The position numbers and the translations under genes were made by a program. DNA of 64,000 nt from the human T2T-CHM13v2.0 reference genome, Homo sapiens, in NCBI RefSeq assembly GCF_009914755.1, contig NC_060934.1; one strand, given 5' to 3'. How positions within the stretch are numbered: position 1 is the stretch's first letter; each line of letters begins with the position of its first letter. Of the stretch, positions 12,381 through 27,900 are shown piece after piece. The notes below the pieces were generated by a model. The model was given only the letters and a program-made list of their open reading frames with translations, was not told where the DNA came from and searched no databases.

Positions 12381-15109
12381 ATGTCAATATCACCTCCTAT
12401 TATTAGTGCCATGGTATTTTGTGAAGTGTCTTATTAACATAAATATACATGGGTAAACATTTTCACAAGGATGTCTGTAAAAAAAAGAAATTTCTAGTGA
12501 ATTTCCAGAATTGGAAAATTGTGGAATTTATCCTTCATCAGACTTTAGCTCCAATGGTGTCTACCTGCCAGAGTGCTTTGAAGGAAGATCCATGGAGTTT
12601 AAGATAAAGTTAGCTTGTTTTACAGTACCTGTTACTTTTATAGGTTTTTTTACATTTTAATAGCTATTAATAATATAGGTATGATTATCAGCATGAAGCT
12701 CCCATACAAATAAGTTTATGTTGAAAGTGTCAATCGTCATTAATATCCCATAAGAAGAAACTATTTAAAACTTCATAGGAGTTCATACATGGGGTTCCCA
12801 TGGCAACAATGGAGCTTATAATTTTTAATTTATTGCTTAATTTTCTCTAAACTACATTGTCATTGCATCGGCAGGAATCCCAGTCTGTAGTAATGATGGG
12901 GATTAAATGGTCATTATGAAGTTGTTCAACATTCTTGTGATTTGCTTCAGGGAACATTGGCTTTGGGTATCTTTGAATGTACTATTAAGCATTGTTAAAT
13001 CCATTTAAAATAGACTGAGTTTACAGGGAAATGAAGTATATTTTCTTATTGCAATTTATCATCCAGTAATAATGGTAAATATTGCAAGTCAAAATTTAAG
13101 GCCAAATGTAACTCAACAGTGAGCTGACTAATGGCTGTCTTGTGCTTAAAGAAAGTATATTGCTTTTGCATTTAACCAAATGGTCATTGAAAAGTATAAA
13201 AAGATATTTAATAGCTACAAGTCATATTCCAGAAGGATTCAATCTGTAATATAAAATGAGCCAAAGGAATCGGTTGCTGTCTTGTTAAAGAAGATAATCA
13301 TTACCTGAGATTTTATTTTTCTTATAAGTATCTCCTCCTATGTCAAGGTCAAACTGATAGCAGGTTAGAGGTTTGTGTCTATGGACATCTATTTTGCAAA
13401 ATACAGCTATTCATAAACTAATCCTGAAATCATTTAAAATATTGCAGGATCAATTCAACATACCTATACAGTGTCAATTCAGGGAGGTCAGGAAAGTCTG
13501 TAAGGGAGAAATGGAATATTAGCTGGGAAGCATGGGGAGAATCCAAACAGAAGGGAGGCAGGGAATAGGCAGAAGAATGACAGACATGAATACCATTGGC
13601 AGAATGTTTGTGGTGTTATTGGAGAGTAAGTTAAAATGTTAAGGGAGAAGGAGGCATAGAAATTTGCTTTCCAGGTGGGAAATTTGATCAAGAGTCTATC
13701 TTTTAGGAAACAGACAAGATGGAATATAGATCTTCCAGCTTGTAGTATGTTTCAAGTGTTTTAAGAATACAACCCAAACATTATCAAGTGATGTTTTAGG
13801 CAAAGGAGAAAGTAATGTGCATGATACTGAATGTTCCTGTGAGCATCAAGGAACGTGATTAGCATCGGGAGCCCTGTGAAATTGTCTAGGTCACTCACAT
13901 ACCTTTGTGTTCCTTTAGGATTATTACAAAAAATACTCCTATCAAGGTAGTTTAGAAAACATGATCTCCATTTAATAGAAAGGGGATATTTTGTTTTTCT
14001 AGAGTGGTAACTGAACCTTGATAAGGAAAATATGCAGAAATGAGTGAAAAATGGGGCCAAGTTGTTGACTACATTGAATAAAATGTTAGTCAACATCAAA
14101 GTCCTTTTATGAAGGAAACTGAATTAACATGTCATTTATTCATTGTTACAAATAATTTTCAGTTAAACAAGTGAATATTTTCTCCAAAATGGCTCTAAAT
14201 TTAATTGTCATCTAAATGTTTGAATATTTTGGCTTTTTTAGTCTCCTGTGAACATGTCTGTTGGTCTATGGTGTCTCACGGTGTATGTGCTCCTGTGAGC
14301 ATGTCTGTGTGTATGTCTATGTCTGTGTCTCCGTATGTGTTGTATTTGAAAGTCTAAAATAGGAGGCCCTTTAAGAGAAGTGTTTATGATGTTAAAATCT
14401 CAAGTCTTTTCATGGAAGTGTGTCTGCGCAGGTAAATTGGATGTATATTTCTCTCTGAATGATCTGACTGTTGGGTTTAATAAGGCTATAGCTGATGCCA
14501 GTTGTGTTGAGGAGTTTGCAAATTTATTGTCAAATAAACTCTCCTCTTACACTGTTTTGAGATCATTCCTTTGGGCTTATGTACTTTTTCTTCACATGTA
14601 AGTAAAATGCCACAAATGCTTACTCTTGAAATCCTGAGAGAAGTGGCATATTATTTTTATGGGAATTGTACCATTCTTAACCACTGTCCTTGATTAAAAT
14701 AAGAGCCTTTTTTCCTTCTTAAACCTGATCATTTTCACACTGGAAATGAAATCTTTCATGGGGATTAGTTTACTCACTCAAGCTTTCCATTCAGATGAAG
14801 GTGTGAAAAATACATGACAAGAATATTATTTAAATGCTCAAACTTCTGCATGAAGAGCATGAAACAAGAAGAAAATGATAGTCTTTAGCTGTAGATAGGT
14901 TTCAATTTTTTTTAGTAGGCTTCAAATTCCTTTTAAGACAAACAAAAAATTAAAATAGAAGACCAACTATGAAAATAATGATTTGATTTAATCTAAACTT
15001 CCATGAAGGCTGCAAGTTACAGATTAGGTGCATCACCTGAAAGTAACATTGCTGATTGCATAGCTTTGGAAGCTAGGTTCAATGATGTATATGCAAGTAA
15101 CTAAGTTTC

Positions 15110-15610
15110 ATATGCAATGGTTCTCTATTGCACTCAGGAAATTAGCCTGGCATTTAAAGCCATTCATCATCCAACCTCCTGACCACTCCAACACTATCTT
15201 CCTTCACTCTCTCAGCACTCCAAATATCTCTAACTGCTTGCAGTTTCCTGAATATATTACTGGTTTTCAAGTCTCTAAAAATGTTGCTTTCCCTGTCTGT
15301 CATGTTCCTTTTCTGTTGTTCCATCTATTGGACTCATCCTTTAGGATTTCATTCCGGAATCAGTTTCCTTCTCCAACATCTTCCTTTGGGTTACCTGGGT
15401 GGCTAACGCCCTCTGTTCTCTCATAGTACCCTGGGTTCACTCCAGTCATAGTTCTTTATACAGAATATTTTAAGCATGTTTATTTTTCTGCTTCTCTTAT
15501 TAAGTAGAGAGAATCTAAGAAATAGAAACCATGCCTTCGTTAGTTTTTTAGTCCCATAGCATCAGGCTTCATCCCTGGAACATAGTAGGTGCTCAGTCAA
15601 CTTTGTTGAG
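15110..15610 (+). mobile_element. L2 LINE 3' fragment
   Basis: Ends in the L2 3' motif cctggaacatagtaggtgctcagtcaactttgttga. Confidence 0.7.
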
Positions 15611-16371
15611 ATAGACTTTGTGAGATGCAGCAGAATCAAGGAAGGTAAATGTCCTGGGTTCTATACAGAGGGAGTTAAAAATACAAATAAGAAGAAGTCA
15701 CTCTTCTAAAGGAACTTGAAAAGGAAAAGACGCATAATTATCTTAAATATAAAGCTATGTGTGGATGCTGTCAGATGTTCACCTGGAAAGAGTCCTGGAA
15801 TGAATGGAGCAAAAAATTCAAATTTCTTTTCACTGAGAGGTGGTGGAAAGCCTTCATGAATAAAGAAACATCTTGAGCTGAGCCTCAAGGATCCTATAAG
15901 AGTTGTTTATTGTTTGTTTGTTTGTTTTAGTGGATATTTACTGAGCTCACATAGCCTGTAAGAATTTAAGCTCTGTATTACCACTATGGTTGACAAGTGT
16001 GAATTTAATTAGCCCTTTTCAAAAAAATAATAAAAAGCAATCCATTTTACCTACCTAAACACAATAGAATCATCTAAATATCTTATTTTCAGTGGTTTTC
16101 TGATAGAAGATAATGCACTTATTCTGAAGTCCTGTCCCCTAGCAACACTCTTCTTCACCAGTCTGCTAATGGCTTGGCAGAAGAGGTAAACTCAGTTTTG
16201 GGGCAAAAGTTTTTTAAGCAGGAAATCATGCAAAAGTATAAACAGCAAACAGATTTTAAATTCTGAAGGTTCCTGGGAAAAGTCATAGGATACTGAATGC
16301 TTTGTCATGGCTATACAGATGAAAACATCGCTAAACAGAGTGAATCATAATAATGGATTTTGTAAGGAATT

Positions 16372-16451
16372 TCTTTTTTTTTGTTTTGTTTTGTTTTGTT
16401 TTTGAGACAGAGTCTTGCTCTGTTGCCCAGGCTAGAGTGCAGTGGTGCAAT
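16372..16451 (-). mobile_element. Strongly 5'-truncated Alu (~50 bp of right arm plus tail)
   Basis: T-rich tail then gagacagagtcttgctctgttgcccaggctagagtgcagtggtgcaat; GGAATTT on both sides (possible TSD). Confidence 0.85.
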
Positions 16452-16734
16452 GGAATTTTTAAGGCATAGTTCTCTGTTTGCTTTTAACCCAAGCAAGAAG
16501 AAGAAATAGGACTGTAAGAGAGACAAGAACCCTATCAATTTGAATAACTCAGGGAATAGCAAAGTATTTGACTTTGAATGCAGGATTTCTCTAAAACATT
16601 GAATATTGAAGAGAATATTTTAAGGATAAAGACCAACATTCAGTTAGTTCTTGCTCAGTAAATGTGGTAGTAGGGAAACAAGTTCAGCATGTGATCTAAG
16701 TACTGGCACATGAATGAACAGCAAGGCTCATAAA

Positions 16735-16905
16735 CAGCCAATGAGAAAATGAAGCTCACTGTTAATATGGGAAATATAAACTAGAATAAAATTATATTGG
16801 AAAAATTTTAAAAATATGTACAATACCTGGAGCCCTGGGGGTATGGAAAATGTGTACTATAATACACTGTTAGCGAGGTTAGACGTTGGTGAAGTCTTTC
16901 TGTCT
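16735..16905 (+). mobile_element. Old L1ME-like fragment
   Basis: Degenerate similarity to L1 3' sequence. Confidence 0.4.
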
Positions 16906-17349
16906 TGAGACAAAGTGAATTGGCATGCTATTTCCTGAGAGAGGAAGACTGGGAAAGAACAAGGTATAGGGAAGTATTAAAAAACTAAGAATTCTATTTG
17001 GGAAATTTTAAAAGATTATTATCAAGAATTCAGGTGGGGATGTCAAATAAGCCATTGAACCTGGAGCCCCAGGAAGTGGTTAGTGCTGGAAGAATTGGAG
17101 TCACCGGCATAGAGAAAGTACATGAAGTTATGGGACTTTAGTTATCAATCACTAGTTTCATAACTAGAGGTTGGTTAATGGTCTGCTATTGCAGGGTGCA
17201 CTGTTCTCAGAATTTGTGTGGATATGATAACACAAGTCCTGAGTTCCAACTTTAAGGAGCATGAAATCTTGTTTTAAATACAGAAGCACCGACTATGGGG
17301 CAAGTGGTCCATTAAATATATAAAGCAATCACTTCCCCTTTTTTTGTAC

Positions 17350-17560
17350 CTTTAGTAGGCCAGCACTTTGCATACATTGGCTATAATCTTCACATAGACA
17401 TGCCGAGGTAGATATTTTTTCCCCAGTTTTACTGATAAGAAATCTCAGGCTCTGAAAGGATAAGTGAATTTTATATTAATACATTCACTGGATAGTAAAT
17501 GGAGTTGCTGGATTTCCAGTCCTGGTCTATCTCATTGAAAGCCTGTTCTCTTTTCAACTG
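17350..17560 (-). mobile_element. MIR SINE
   Basis: ccccagttttactgataagaaatctcaggctctgaaaggataagtgaa. Confidence 0.65.
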
Positions 17561-19801
17561 CCTTTCAGTAACAGGTGCTGTTGTCACTGAATCCTTAGCT
17601 TCCTGACCCATACTATCTGAATAATGATCCCTACATACTTCTAGGAAAGAAAGATATCAACTGCAATTACCCCTATTTGACAGATGGAGATCCTGGATTG
17701 CTCTAAGTTTAAGCAAAGCAATTAAGCTTGGCCAAGGTGTCTGCCATGGGAAAGCAGATTCACTCCATTGCTTCTTAGATTCAAATACTGCAATGTATTG
17801 ATTATTGCATGAATATATTCAGTGGCTTGATATAACAAAGTGGCCCATCACTCTTGATCATTCTCAATATCAGTGTGCCCAAACCCTCAAATGACTTGCC
17901 GGAAGCTTATATATTAAGGGAAACTTCCAGAATGCAATGGAAAATGAAACTTTGTTTCACTAGAATAGATTCTGTTCTTGAAGAGAGAATAGGACAATAG
18001 ATTTGGTTTTCATGGATCAATTCTCATTCTTCAAAACTTCTGCAATTATCTGTCGAATTTAAATTTAGCTCAAGTGAACACTAGTTTCCAGGATGGGTTC
18101 AGGAGCTCAAACTTGATAGCTAAAGGAGAGGTGAATGGCTAAAATACCTCCATTCTTGTGAGCTTAAATTTATACATAAAAGTGTCAAATCACTCCACAA
18201 AATCACTGAGCTTTCCTTTTTATTTTACTTTTTACATTTAATTGCTGGGCAGTTGAACATTACAGGGCAGGCTACTGCATCAGTACTAGGTGCCTTGCTC
18301 TGCCATCATTTTGTCAGTTGTTCTGTGTGTCAAATATATTATTCTGTTTGCAAAAGTCAGCCACTGACTTTTAACATTGTCATCATCTCATTCTATTCCC
18401 CACTCCTTTTTGGGCAGAGTAAATCTTTCTAAAGACAAGGGCAAGAGAAGTCACTAAGTTATTGGCTGCCCTTTTTCACTGAACCCAAAGAGAATACATT
18501 GAAGTGTCAAGTGAGTGAGCTTCCACCGCTTCTCAGCCTATCATCATTACTGGCAGAGAAACCAGTAAGTCAACCCAAGACAGCAACGGAGATATGTAAC
18601 TATGGGATGTGTTGCTTTCAAGAGAATTGCAACTCAGAGCTCTTTCTAGCACGTGGAATCAATTTAACCCTTTTATACATAAGCCAAAGTCCTCCCTTCA
18701 TGACTCAGTTATTTGAGTTAATAAAGCTCTCCAAATCTGTCTAGTCCTTTAGCTAAACAGTGTTAACTAAACCATGTGAATCTCCTCCTCTAATTAACAG
18801 CTACTTTATTAAAATGCTATTGCCCTGTTGGGAACTAGTTGGCAGGGTGACAGAGAATGGAGTTTGTGCTATGGACTATTGATTTTCAGTTAAATTCTTA
18901 CTGTGCTCTTGGCTTTCTCCTGCTTGTGGCTTAAAGTACCCAAACCATTCAGGCCAGCAAAAGAGGCCACTTTGCTCTCCCTGGTTTTTATTGGCCTCTT
19001 TTCAGAAGGTCTAATTAACCTATGGAGTCTTCCAAATTTACCGACAGCTCTTTCATATTAATCTCTCTTCTAATATAAGAAATTTCTTTTTTAACCTTCC
19101 ACTCAAAAAGATTATTTCAAAAAGTGCCCACAACTGAAGGAGTGACTTAATCAGGTTCTCAAGGAAAATGCCTCTCTTTACTTTGCACCTTAAGCTCTGC
19201 CATTGTTATTTTATGTTTTGTGCATATATGAACTTTTCATTCCTGTCTTTAAAATATTTATCAGTCATATAAAATTTGGATAATGGTGAGAAGCACAAAG
19301 AAGGAGATAAAAATCAGCAACCAGATACCAACTACAATATTGTAAATATTTAGGCAATATAGTCCTTGAGGACTTAGATTTTCGATTAGACATCACTGTC
19401 ATTCATTACATCAGTAGGTGAATGAGACAAATTAATTCAGGGAGCTATAAATGATGGGAAATCTCTGGTATGTCAATGTAGGATAGGTGAAGGCTGGCAA
19501 GAGAGTTCTGGTTTAGAAGTGGTTAGAAAAGATCTCTGTGAAGGCTGAGGAGGAGCAATCTAGGCAATGCCTCCAGGTAGGAACATGGTTGTCCTGATTG
19601 AGGCTAGGACCTTTAGAGTCATGGACAAGGTAGGCCGTGGTTGATCTTAGCTTAGTAATGCAGGAGAAGACAGTTCATGTATGCTTTTGGTACTATGGTG
19701 AGGAATTCAGATTTTATTTTCAGTGTGGTGAGATGCCATTATTGGGCTTCAAGCAAGGGACCTATATGATAGGGTCTATAGGTTTTTGTTTCTCTCTTAA
19801 A

Positions 19802-20094
19802 TTTTTTTTTTTTTTTTTGAGATGGAGTCTCGCTCTGTTGCCCAGGTTGGAGTGGAGTGGTGCAATCTAGTCTCACTGCAACCTCCACCTCCTGGGTTCA
19901 AGTGATTCTCCTGCCTCGGCCTCCTGAGTAGCTGAGACTACAGGCATGCACCACCATGTCTGGCTAATTTTTGCATTTTTATTAGAGATGGTGTTTCACC
20001 ATGTTGACCAGGCTGGTCTCGAACTCCTAACAGGGATCCACCTGTGTAGGCCTCCCAATGTGCTGGGATTACAGGCGTGAGCCACAGCACCTGG
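19802..20094 (-). mobile_element. AluS (Sx-like), full length
   Basis: Complete dimeric Alu in reverse orientation with poly-T. Confidence 0.95.
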
Positions 20095-20095
20095 C

Positions 20096-20462
20096 AAAAT
20101 TTTTTAATTGGTACATAATATTTGTACATAATTATGGAGTAGATGTCATATTTTGTTACATGCATAGAATGTGTAATGATCAACTCAGGATATTTAGGAT
20201 ATTCATCACCTGGAGTATTTATCATTTCTGTGTGTTGGAAGATTTCAAGTCCTCTCTTCTTGCTATTTACAAATGTACAATATATTGTTGCTAACTCTAG
20301 TCACCTTATTCTGCTATGTAACATTAGAACTCCTTCCATCTAACTCTACATTTGTACTCATTAACCAACCCCTCTTTATCACTCTCACTTGAACCACTGC
20401 CCTTTACACACACACACCCTCCCCAGCCTCTGGTATGTATCATTTTACTCTCTACCTCCATG
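20096..20462 (-). mobile_element. L1MA 3' UTR fragment
   Basis: tacataatatttgtacata...ccccagcctctggta...ctctacctccatga. Confidence 0.85.
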
Positions 20463-21789
20463 AATAACTCTGGCTGCTGTATGGAGAATGGATTTTAGAG
20501 AGCAAGAGTGCAAGTAGCAGGGGGGAGATTTGGAGTCAAGAGATGGCAGTACTTGGCTGAAGGTTGGTAGTGAGAGGTAAGAAAAGAAAACAGTCAAGAA
20601 AAATGATATTTTTGCTTATTCATATTAGGAAAACTAGGTGGGGAGCTAGTTTGGGGAAGGAAAGCAAATAAGAGTTCTGGTTTTGGACATGTGAACTTTC
20701 AACTTGGTTATAGTAGTGTGGAATTCAAGGGAGAAGTTAGGATTCAAGATATAAATCAACTAGTAAAGGAGAAGTTATAGGAGTTATTATAGTATTTAGC
20801 CTTCTAATCTTTTTCATGGTTTGATTTAATATTTTTAGAAAAGACTGGCACTCTAATATCTGTTTATGCCCTATATAACTTATTTATTAAAACATGGTAT
20901 GTGCATTTATATATCTATGTATAGATAGACATAAAAAATATTTTCATGTATATTTTTATATAAGTACTATATTGCATTCCATTGTATGGATGCTACCATT
21001 TGCTAATCAGTTCTCTACAACTGGACATTTATGCTGTTATATTTTATTAATTTATAAATGTGGTAGCTTTTCAATAAATCTTGACAAATATTCAGTTTTT
21101 TTTCTAGAACAAATTTTCAATGAGAAGTAGTACTGGGAGAAATTTTAAGAATTTTTATATAAAAATACGATTTGCATTCCATATCAGACACCTAATGATG
21201 GATGCTCAATAATTATTTATTTGCAGACTGATTACAGTCTCATTAGGATTACATAAAGGTGACATTTTCTCTTGGCTTTGGCAAAACCGAATAGTGCAAT
21301 TTATAATAATGTCAATTTTGTAGGCAAAATAGCTTATTTATTTTACATATGTAAAATTAGGGAAATGTTAATATTTTTCATACTTTTCATTAGGCATTTG
21401 TTCTTTTGTAAACATTCACTCATAGTTGTTTCCTGCTTTTGAATAGGTGATCATTTTTTTCCTCATTGTAAAAACTCTAAATACATATAGAATATTTAAA
21501 TTTTTATCATAAATATATTACATACTTGTTTTCTTTCATATTTGTTATTTACTTCTTAATTGCATTTGTGAGTTTCTTTTTTTTGAGAGGGGGCGTGACA
21601 GAGGAATGTACAGGAGACTTTAGTATTTTATGTTGCTAAAGTAGACTTTTAAAATATTCTAAAGGAAAATAAGCCTTGGAAATCTAAGAATTATTTTTTG
21701 TGAATTGAAAAAATTCTCAATATTCCAACAGACTCAAATAAATAGCTGAGTAAAGCTAAGTACATCTAGTCAACATTTTAAAATCATCT

Positions 21790-23250
<1,461 letters not shown>

Positions 23251-23321
23251 TTCCCTCTCCTTATATATGACTCTCTCAATAGTAAACAAAATGATTCTTA
23301 AGTCTGAATATGACTTAGTGG

Positions 23322-23540
23322 CAGTGGCATCCAAAGGGGCAGGGTGATGGGAGTGTTCCACCCTGTAGAGAATTTTATAATAATTGCTGTGTTTACTGTA
23401 AAATTTTATAAAATATGTGTAAGCTTCATATTAGCACATTATTATTACTTATTATATTTTTTATATGAAGGTTAATTCAGAGAACTCCCAATTTCATAAT
23501 TATCTCCTAGCACACATGGGCTCAGCCACAGTTATTTGTT
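23322..23540. mobile_element. Possible hAT-Tip100-like DNA transposon end
   Basis: Begins CAGTGGCATCCAAAGGGGCAGGG...CTGTAGAGAATTT, resembling hAT-Tip100 termini (from memory). Confidence 0.35.
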
Positions 23541-24949
23541 TTCAGAATAAGTTCTTTTGGGTTTATCATTGTTTAAACTTGTGATAAGCGTTTGTTGTAC
23601 TTTTGTAAATATTTGCTTATATTTACCACCTTCTTTTTAATACGTGATTGTTTTTGTTTTTCTCATTTTAAAAACTCCAAATACATAAAGATTACTGAAT
23701 GGTGTGTTTATCATAAATATATTTCACACTTGTTTTCTTTTATGTTTGTTATTTACCTATTAATTGTATTAATGGGATTCTTCATTTTTTTGAAGGGGGA
23801 AAGCGTGAGAGGGATGTACAGAAGAGTTTCTTCTTTTATATTGCTAAAGTAGCCCATCTTAAGATTTTTTAAAGGAAAAAAAAACCCTTGGAAAACTAAG
23901 AATTATGTTTTGGAAATTGAATATTTGTCAATATTATTCCTCCTCCTTAGACATGACTCTCTTAATAATAAACAAAATGACTATTAATTTAACTCTGAAT
24001 ATGACTTTGAATATTTTCTCTTTGTGCAGCCTAAGATTGCTGCATTTGTCTTCTTTCTATGGTAGTACCTGTTTTCATGTAGGATCGTTCCCCTAAATGT
24101 TTGTCAATATTTGGCTGTCTGCTTATATTAAAAATGCTGTGCTTGAAACCTATTCCAAGGCTCTCCGTGGGTAGGTGGCTGGGAATTGTCCATTTGGCTT
24201 CTCTCTTGGAAGATCCCAGTAGGAAACCCTCAACATCAGTATCTTCAGGTCATATTCTTTGGAGTGGTCAGAGTCCCCAGAGAAAGAAAACATTCCTCCA
24301 CTCTTCTACAGATGTGAAATACACTTGCCCATCAAAATATGGAGAGATAGATGAGGAAAGAATAATGAAAGTATCAATACATAATCTCGAGTTTTGAGCT
24401 TTTTCTTTTCTCACAATGTTACAACCTCATCCAACCAGACTACCTAGAATAGTGATCATGGTTGACATGTGCAGTCCTCACCTGTGAATGATATACCTCA
24501 GTCCTGGGGATTTCTGATTTACCCTTTGCAGGGAATTACCCTCCCATCTGTTTCCATAGTGGTGCAAGGTAATTAACCCAGCAGTGTGGAGTGGCCTAAT
24601 GTGAGAGAAAGTTCTGTTTGTTTCTTAACCAGATTCACAGAAGTTCTCCATTTTTAAAATTGTGCTTTCTACATCCCAATTTTAGAGGTATCATTTCTGC
24701 CATTTTCTCAGATTTTGGAATTTTTAGAATCTAAATTGAGTTTCCATCAATTTTTCTGACTTCTAGATAAACTGTTCACCTTTCTCTGGCCTGCTGAGTC
24801 AGTTACATTATTCTCTGCTTTCTAGCATCCAAAAGGTGTTTTGTTGATTCTTATACCCTTTGTTCTTTTTAATTCATGCCTTCCTACAATTCCTTTACTA
24901 GAGATTTATTGCAGTTTCATGATGAAGTTGACCTCAGTACTGTATTCAG

Positions 24950-25800
24950 CTTACCATCTTAATACTCACATATCTGCAAACATCTTTCCATAGCAATTAT
25001 GTGAAGAAAGCGACGAGCATATGTGTAAAATTTTATTTCAGCTTCATATTGGTATCTTTATGCACACCTGTGTAGTTCTTTTATTCTTATAATTCTAAAA
25101 TGTTGGCTAGATGTACTTAGGTTTGTATAGTCATTTGTTTTGAATGTTAAGAATTTTCAATTTACAAAAATACTCTTTTTCAAGAGTGGCTATCTTTTAG
25201 GATATCTTAATCATTTTTTTTCCCACTTTTTAAAGATCTGGTATTTTCTTAAGGAACAATTATCTATATTTCAGAATTCTATACTCATCCTTCTTTATAT
25301 ATTATTAGTTTTTGTAACTTTGTATCTTTTGTTTTTCACTTCCCTTCTGAATTCTAAAAATGTTCTTGTGTTTTAATTTTTTTAATTTTTTATTTTTTTA
25401 TTATACTTTGAGTTTTAGGGTATATTACTTACATCTCTGTAAAATGAATTTTGCTTAATACTACTTCCAGTGTAAATTTTGATTCTACAATTTGATTTGT
25501 ACTCTTCCTTAAAATATTTCTTTATTTCACCTATCTTTCTTATAATTTCACTCATTTTGTTTTGCATTTCTACTTGCTCTCTCTGTAATATTTTTCCTGT
25601 TTTCTTAATATTCATTTATTTTTATTCTCTATTAAAGATTATGTGTAGTTTCTTCTAAGTTTTTCTGATCTTTCAGTATATCATTTTTATTATTCTGTTT
25701 TTTCTGAGTCTATTGATTTTTCTTTATATTGTTTTCCAACATTTCTTATTTTTTTCTTTATTCACCTTTAAATGAGGTAGGATTTTGGTTGATATTTGTT
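24950..25800 (-). mobile_element. Highly decayed L1ME-like sequence
   Basis: Very T-rich with degenerate L1 antisense character. Confidence 0.4.
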
Positions 25801-26389
25801 CTACTGTTAGCCTACTTGTGTGTAAACAAATTAGCTTCTCAGATAAGATTTCAAGACTTAAGTTTTTCATGTGTGTTTTTTTTTTTTGATAGACCACTGA
25901 TCTATGGATATGAGATATTTTCTATCTCCACTGTTTTGTTCTTTAATTCTCTGAACTGCTGTAGTGCATTAACAAATGTTAGTTTCTGGTTCACTTTTCT
26001 ATATCCAAATTCTATACTCAACACATTACCAGAGATAACTTCACAACAGAATAGACCATTCTAATGGAGTCCCATCTGTTCCTGGCCTATGGGTTTCTGA
26101 AATATACCACCTTTTCTCTTGTGCAGAAAAATGGCATGGGTGAGAAAAGGTCTAACATAATGTTCAGCTCACAGAGTACTACTGTCCAAAAGACAGAGAG
26201 AGCAAGCATGTGGCCGGGTCTTCAGATTAGTAGTTACTTGACTTCTGAGTCAATAAACAGTAAGTAGGTAATATTAAAATCATAGCCCAACATTTTTCAG
26301 GCAGTACCTCTGTATTCCCTTGAACTTAATATGCGTCTTGTCCAAACCTGGGTATTTATTTTCTCCATGAAAATCCATATGGTTCACCA

Positions 26390-26532
26390 TTCAACACCTG
26401 ATTCTGAGTCTCAGCTTTTTCATTTATTAGTTGTTTGACCTTGGGCGAAGTCTCACTAAAGCTTAATTTTCTCATTTTTAAAATGGGGAATAATTGTGAG
26501 AATTGAATGAGATGATGTTTATAAAACTTGTG

Positions 26533-26579
<47 letters not shown>

Positions 26580-26615
26580 AATATATATAGGTATATAATA
26601 AGCATCATTAAATGT
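26390..26615 (+). mobile_element. MIR containing a (TA)n microsatellite (26537-26590)
   Basis: tttgaccttgggc...ctcatttttaaaatggggaataattgtgagaattgaatgagatgat; ~20 TA units. Confidence 0.75.
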
Positions 26616-27424
26616 TAATGGCCATCATTACAAATAGAGTCAGCTTTTTCAAAATTGCCATTCGATTGCCAGCCTTCAGTTTTGATAGTATTGTGAGTTT
26701 CCATATTTTTCTTTTTCTCACCCCCAATTGATATTCCAATCAGAAGGTAGGAGAAGTCATATTATAAGTTAATATTGTTTCAATCCAAAATCTCTTTAAT
26801 TTTAACATTTCTATGTTAATTTGATTTATGGGTGTTGTCAGATTGTTTTATGCAGTCTGAGATCATTTGTCTTCATGTGAAGGAGCTGAAGACATTAATA
26901 TTGATTATGATAATAGATACTCTGGCTTTATTAGTGTCATTATTTTCTATTTTCTTTCATTTTCTTTTCCTCCCATTTTTGTTTAATTCTCATTTAGTCT
27001 CCTGGTGCAATTCAATCAATGTATTTGGTATGAAGTATTTCAAAAATAGAAGTCCCATTTTTGCATAAATTAAAATAATGTGGAAAGTAGAGACGCATCA
27101 AATCAATCATTCTTTCTCCCCTAGTTGCCTGGCCCAGTGATGTACTAAAAGATGAAGTATACTCCTTACTAGCAAGGTTTTTCCTCTCTTTGCCCAGCAG
27201 CCCTACCTTACTTCCCACCAACATGTCCTCCGAGCCACACCTTCCAGGATTTAAAGCACGCTTCTACTTTGCCAGCACCAAAGAAAATCTGTGTAGAGAA
27301 TTCTTGGCTTAGTTGCTCTCTGATAGATGCTGTATAGAATGATATAGGTCATAAATGGGAGTATGATGGAAGGGGAAGCAGTTATCTTGCAGCCACTAAG
27401 GACCTGGAAGCAAGATGTTTCCTT

Positions 27425-27900
27425 CATCAGAGCAGGTTAAATTCAGCTGCGAGTATTACAGTTCAAGTTAGTGGCTTAAGCAAAATAGAACTACATATTT
27501 CTTCCATGTAGGAGTAGTTCAGAGGTAGGCAATTCAAGAATTCATGGTTCCAGGAACTCAAAAACTTGCTCTTGTTTCTCATGCCTGGCTGCTTACATAA
27601 CCAAAATTGCTTCATGATTCAAAATAACTGTTGATATTCTGGCCACTGCATCCACGTTTCATGCAGCAGGAAAGGTAAAGAGGGAAGAACAAGGATATCC
27701 CTTCCTTTTAAGAGAATCTTAAGAAGTGTCATGACAACACTGCTTCCTATATCTTATAAGATCTTAGTAGCCACACCTGGTTGTAAGAGGTGATAAGGAA
27801 TGACATTTTTATCACTCAGCAATGTGCACAGCTAAAATACCAGGATTCATTTACATCAGAATAAAGGTAAATGGAATTTGGGCTAATTATTGCACTGTGA
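27425..27900 (-). mobile_element. MLT1-family (ERVL-MaLR) solo LTR
   Basis: caggttaaattcagctgc...agtggcttaagcaaaatag...ccactgcatccacgtttcatgcagcagg...gccacacctggttgtaag. Confidence 0.65.

Larger units (their letters stand above)
19420..20760 (-). mobile_element. L2 fragment interrupted by an Alu and an L1MA piece
   Basis: L2 motifs (ggtgaggaattcagattttatttt...; actctggctgctgtatggagaatggatt) on both sides of 19802-20462. Confidence 0.6.
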
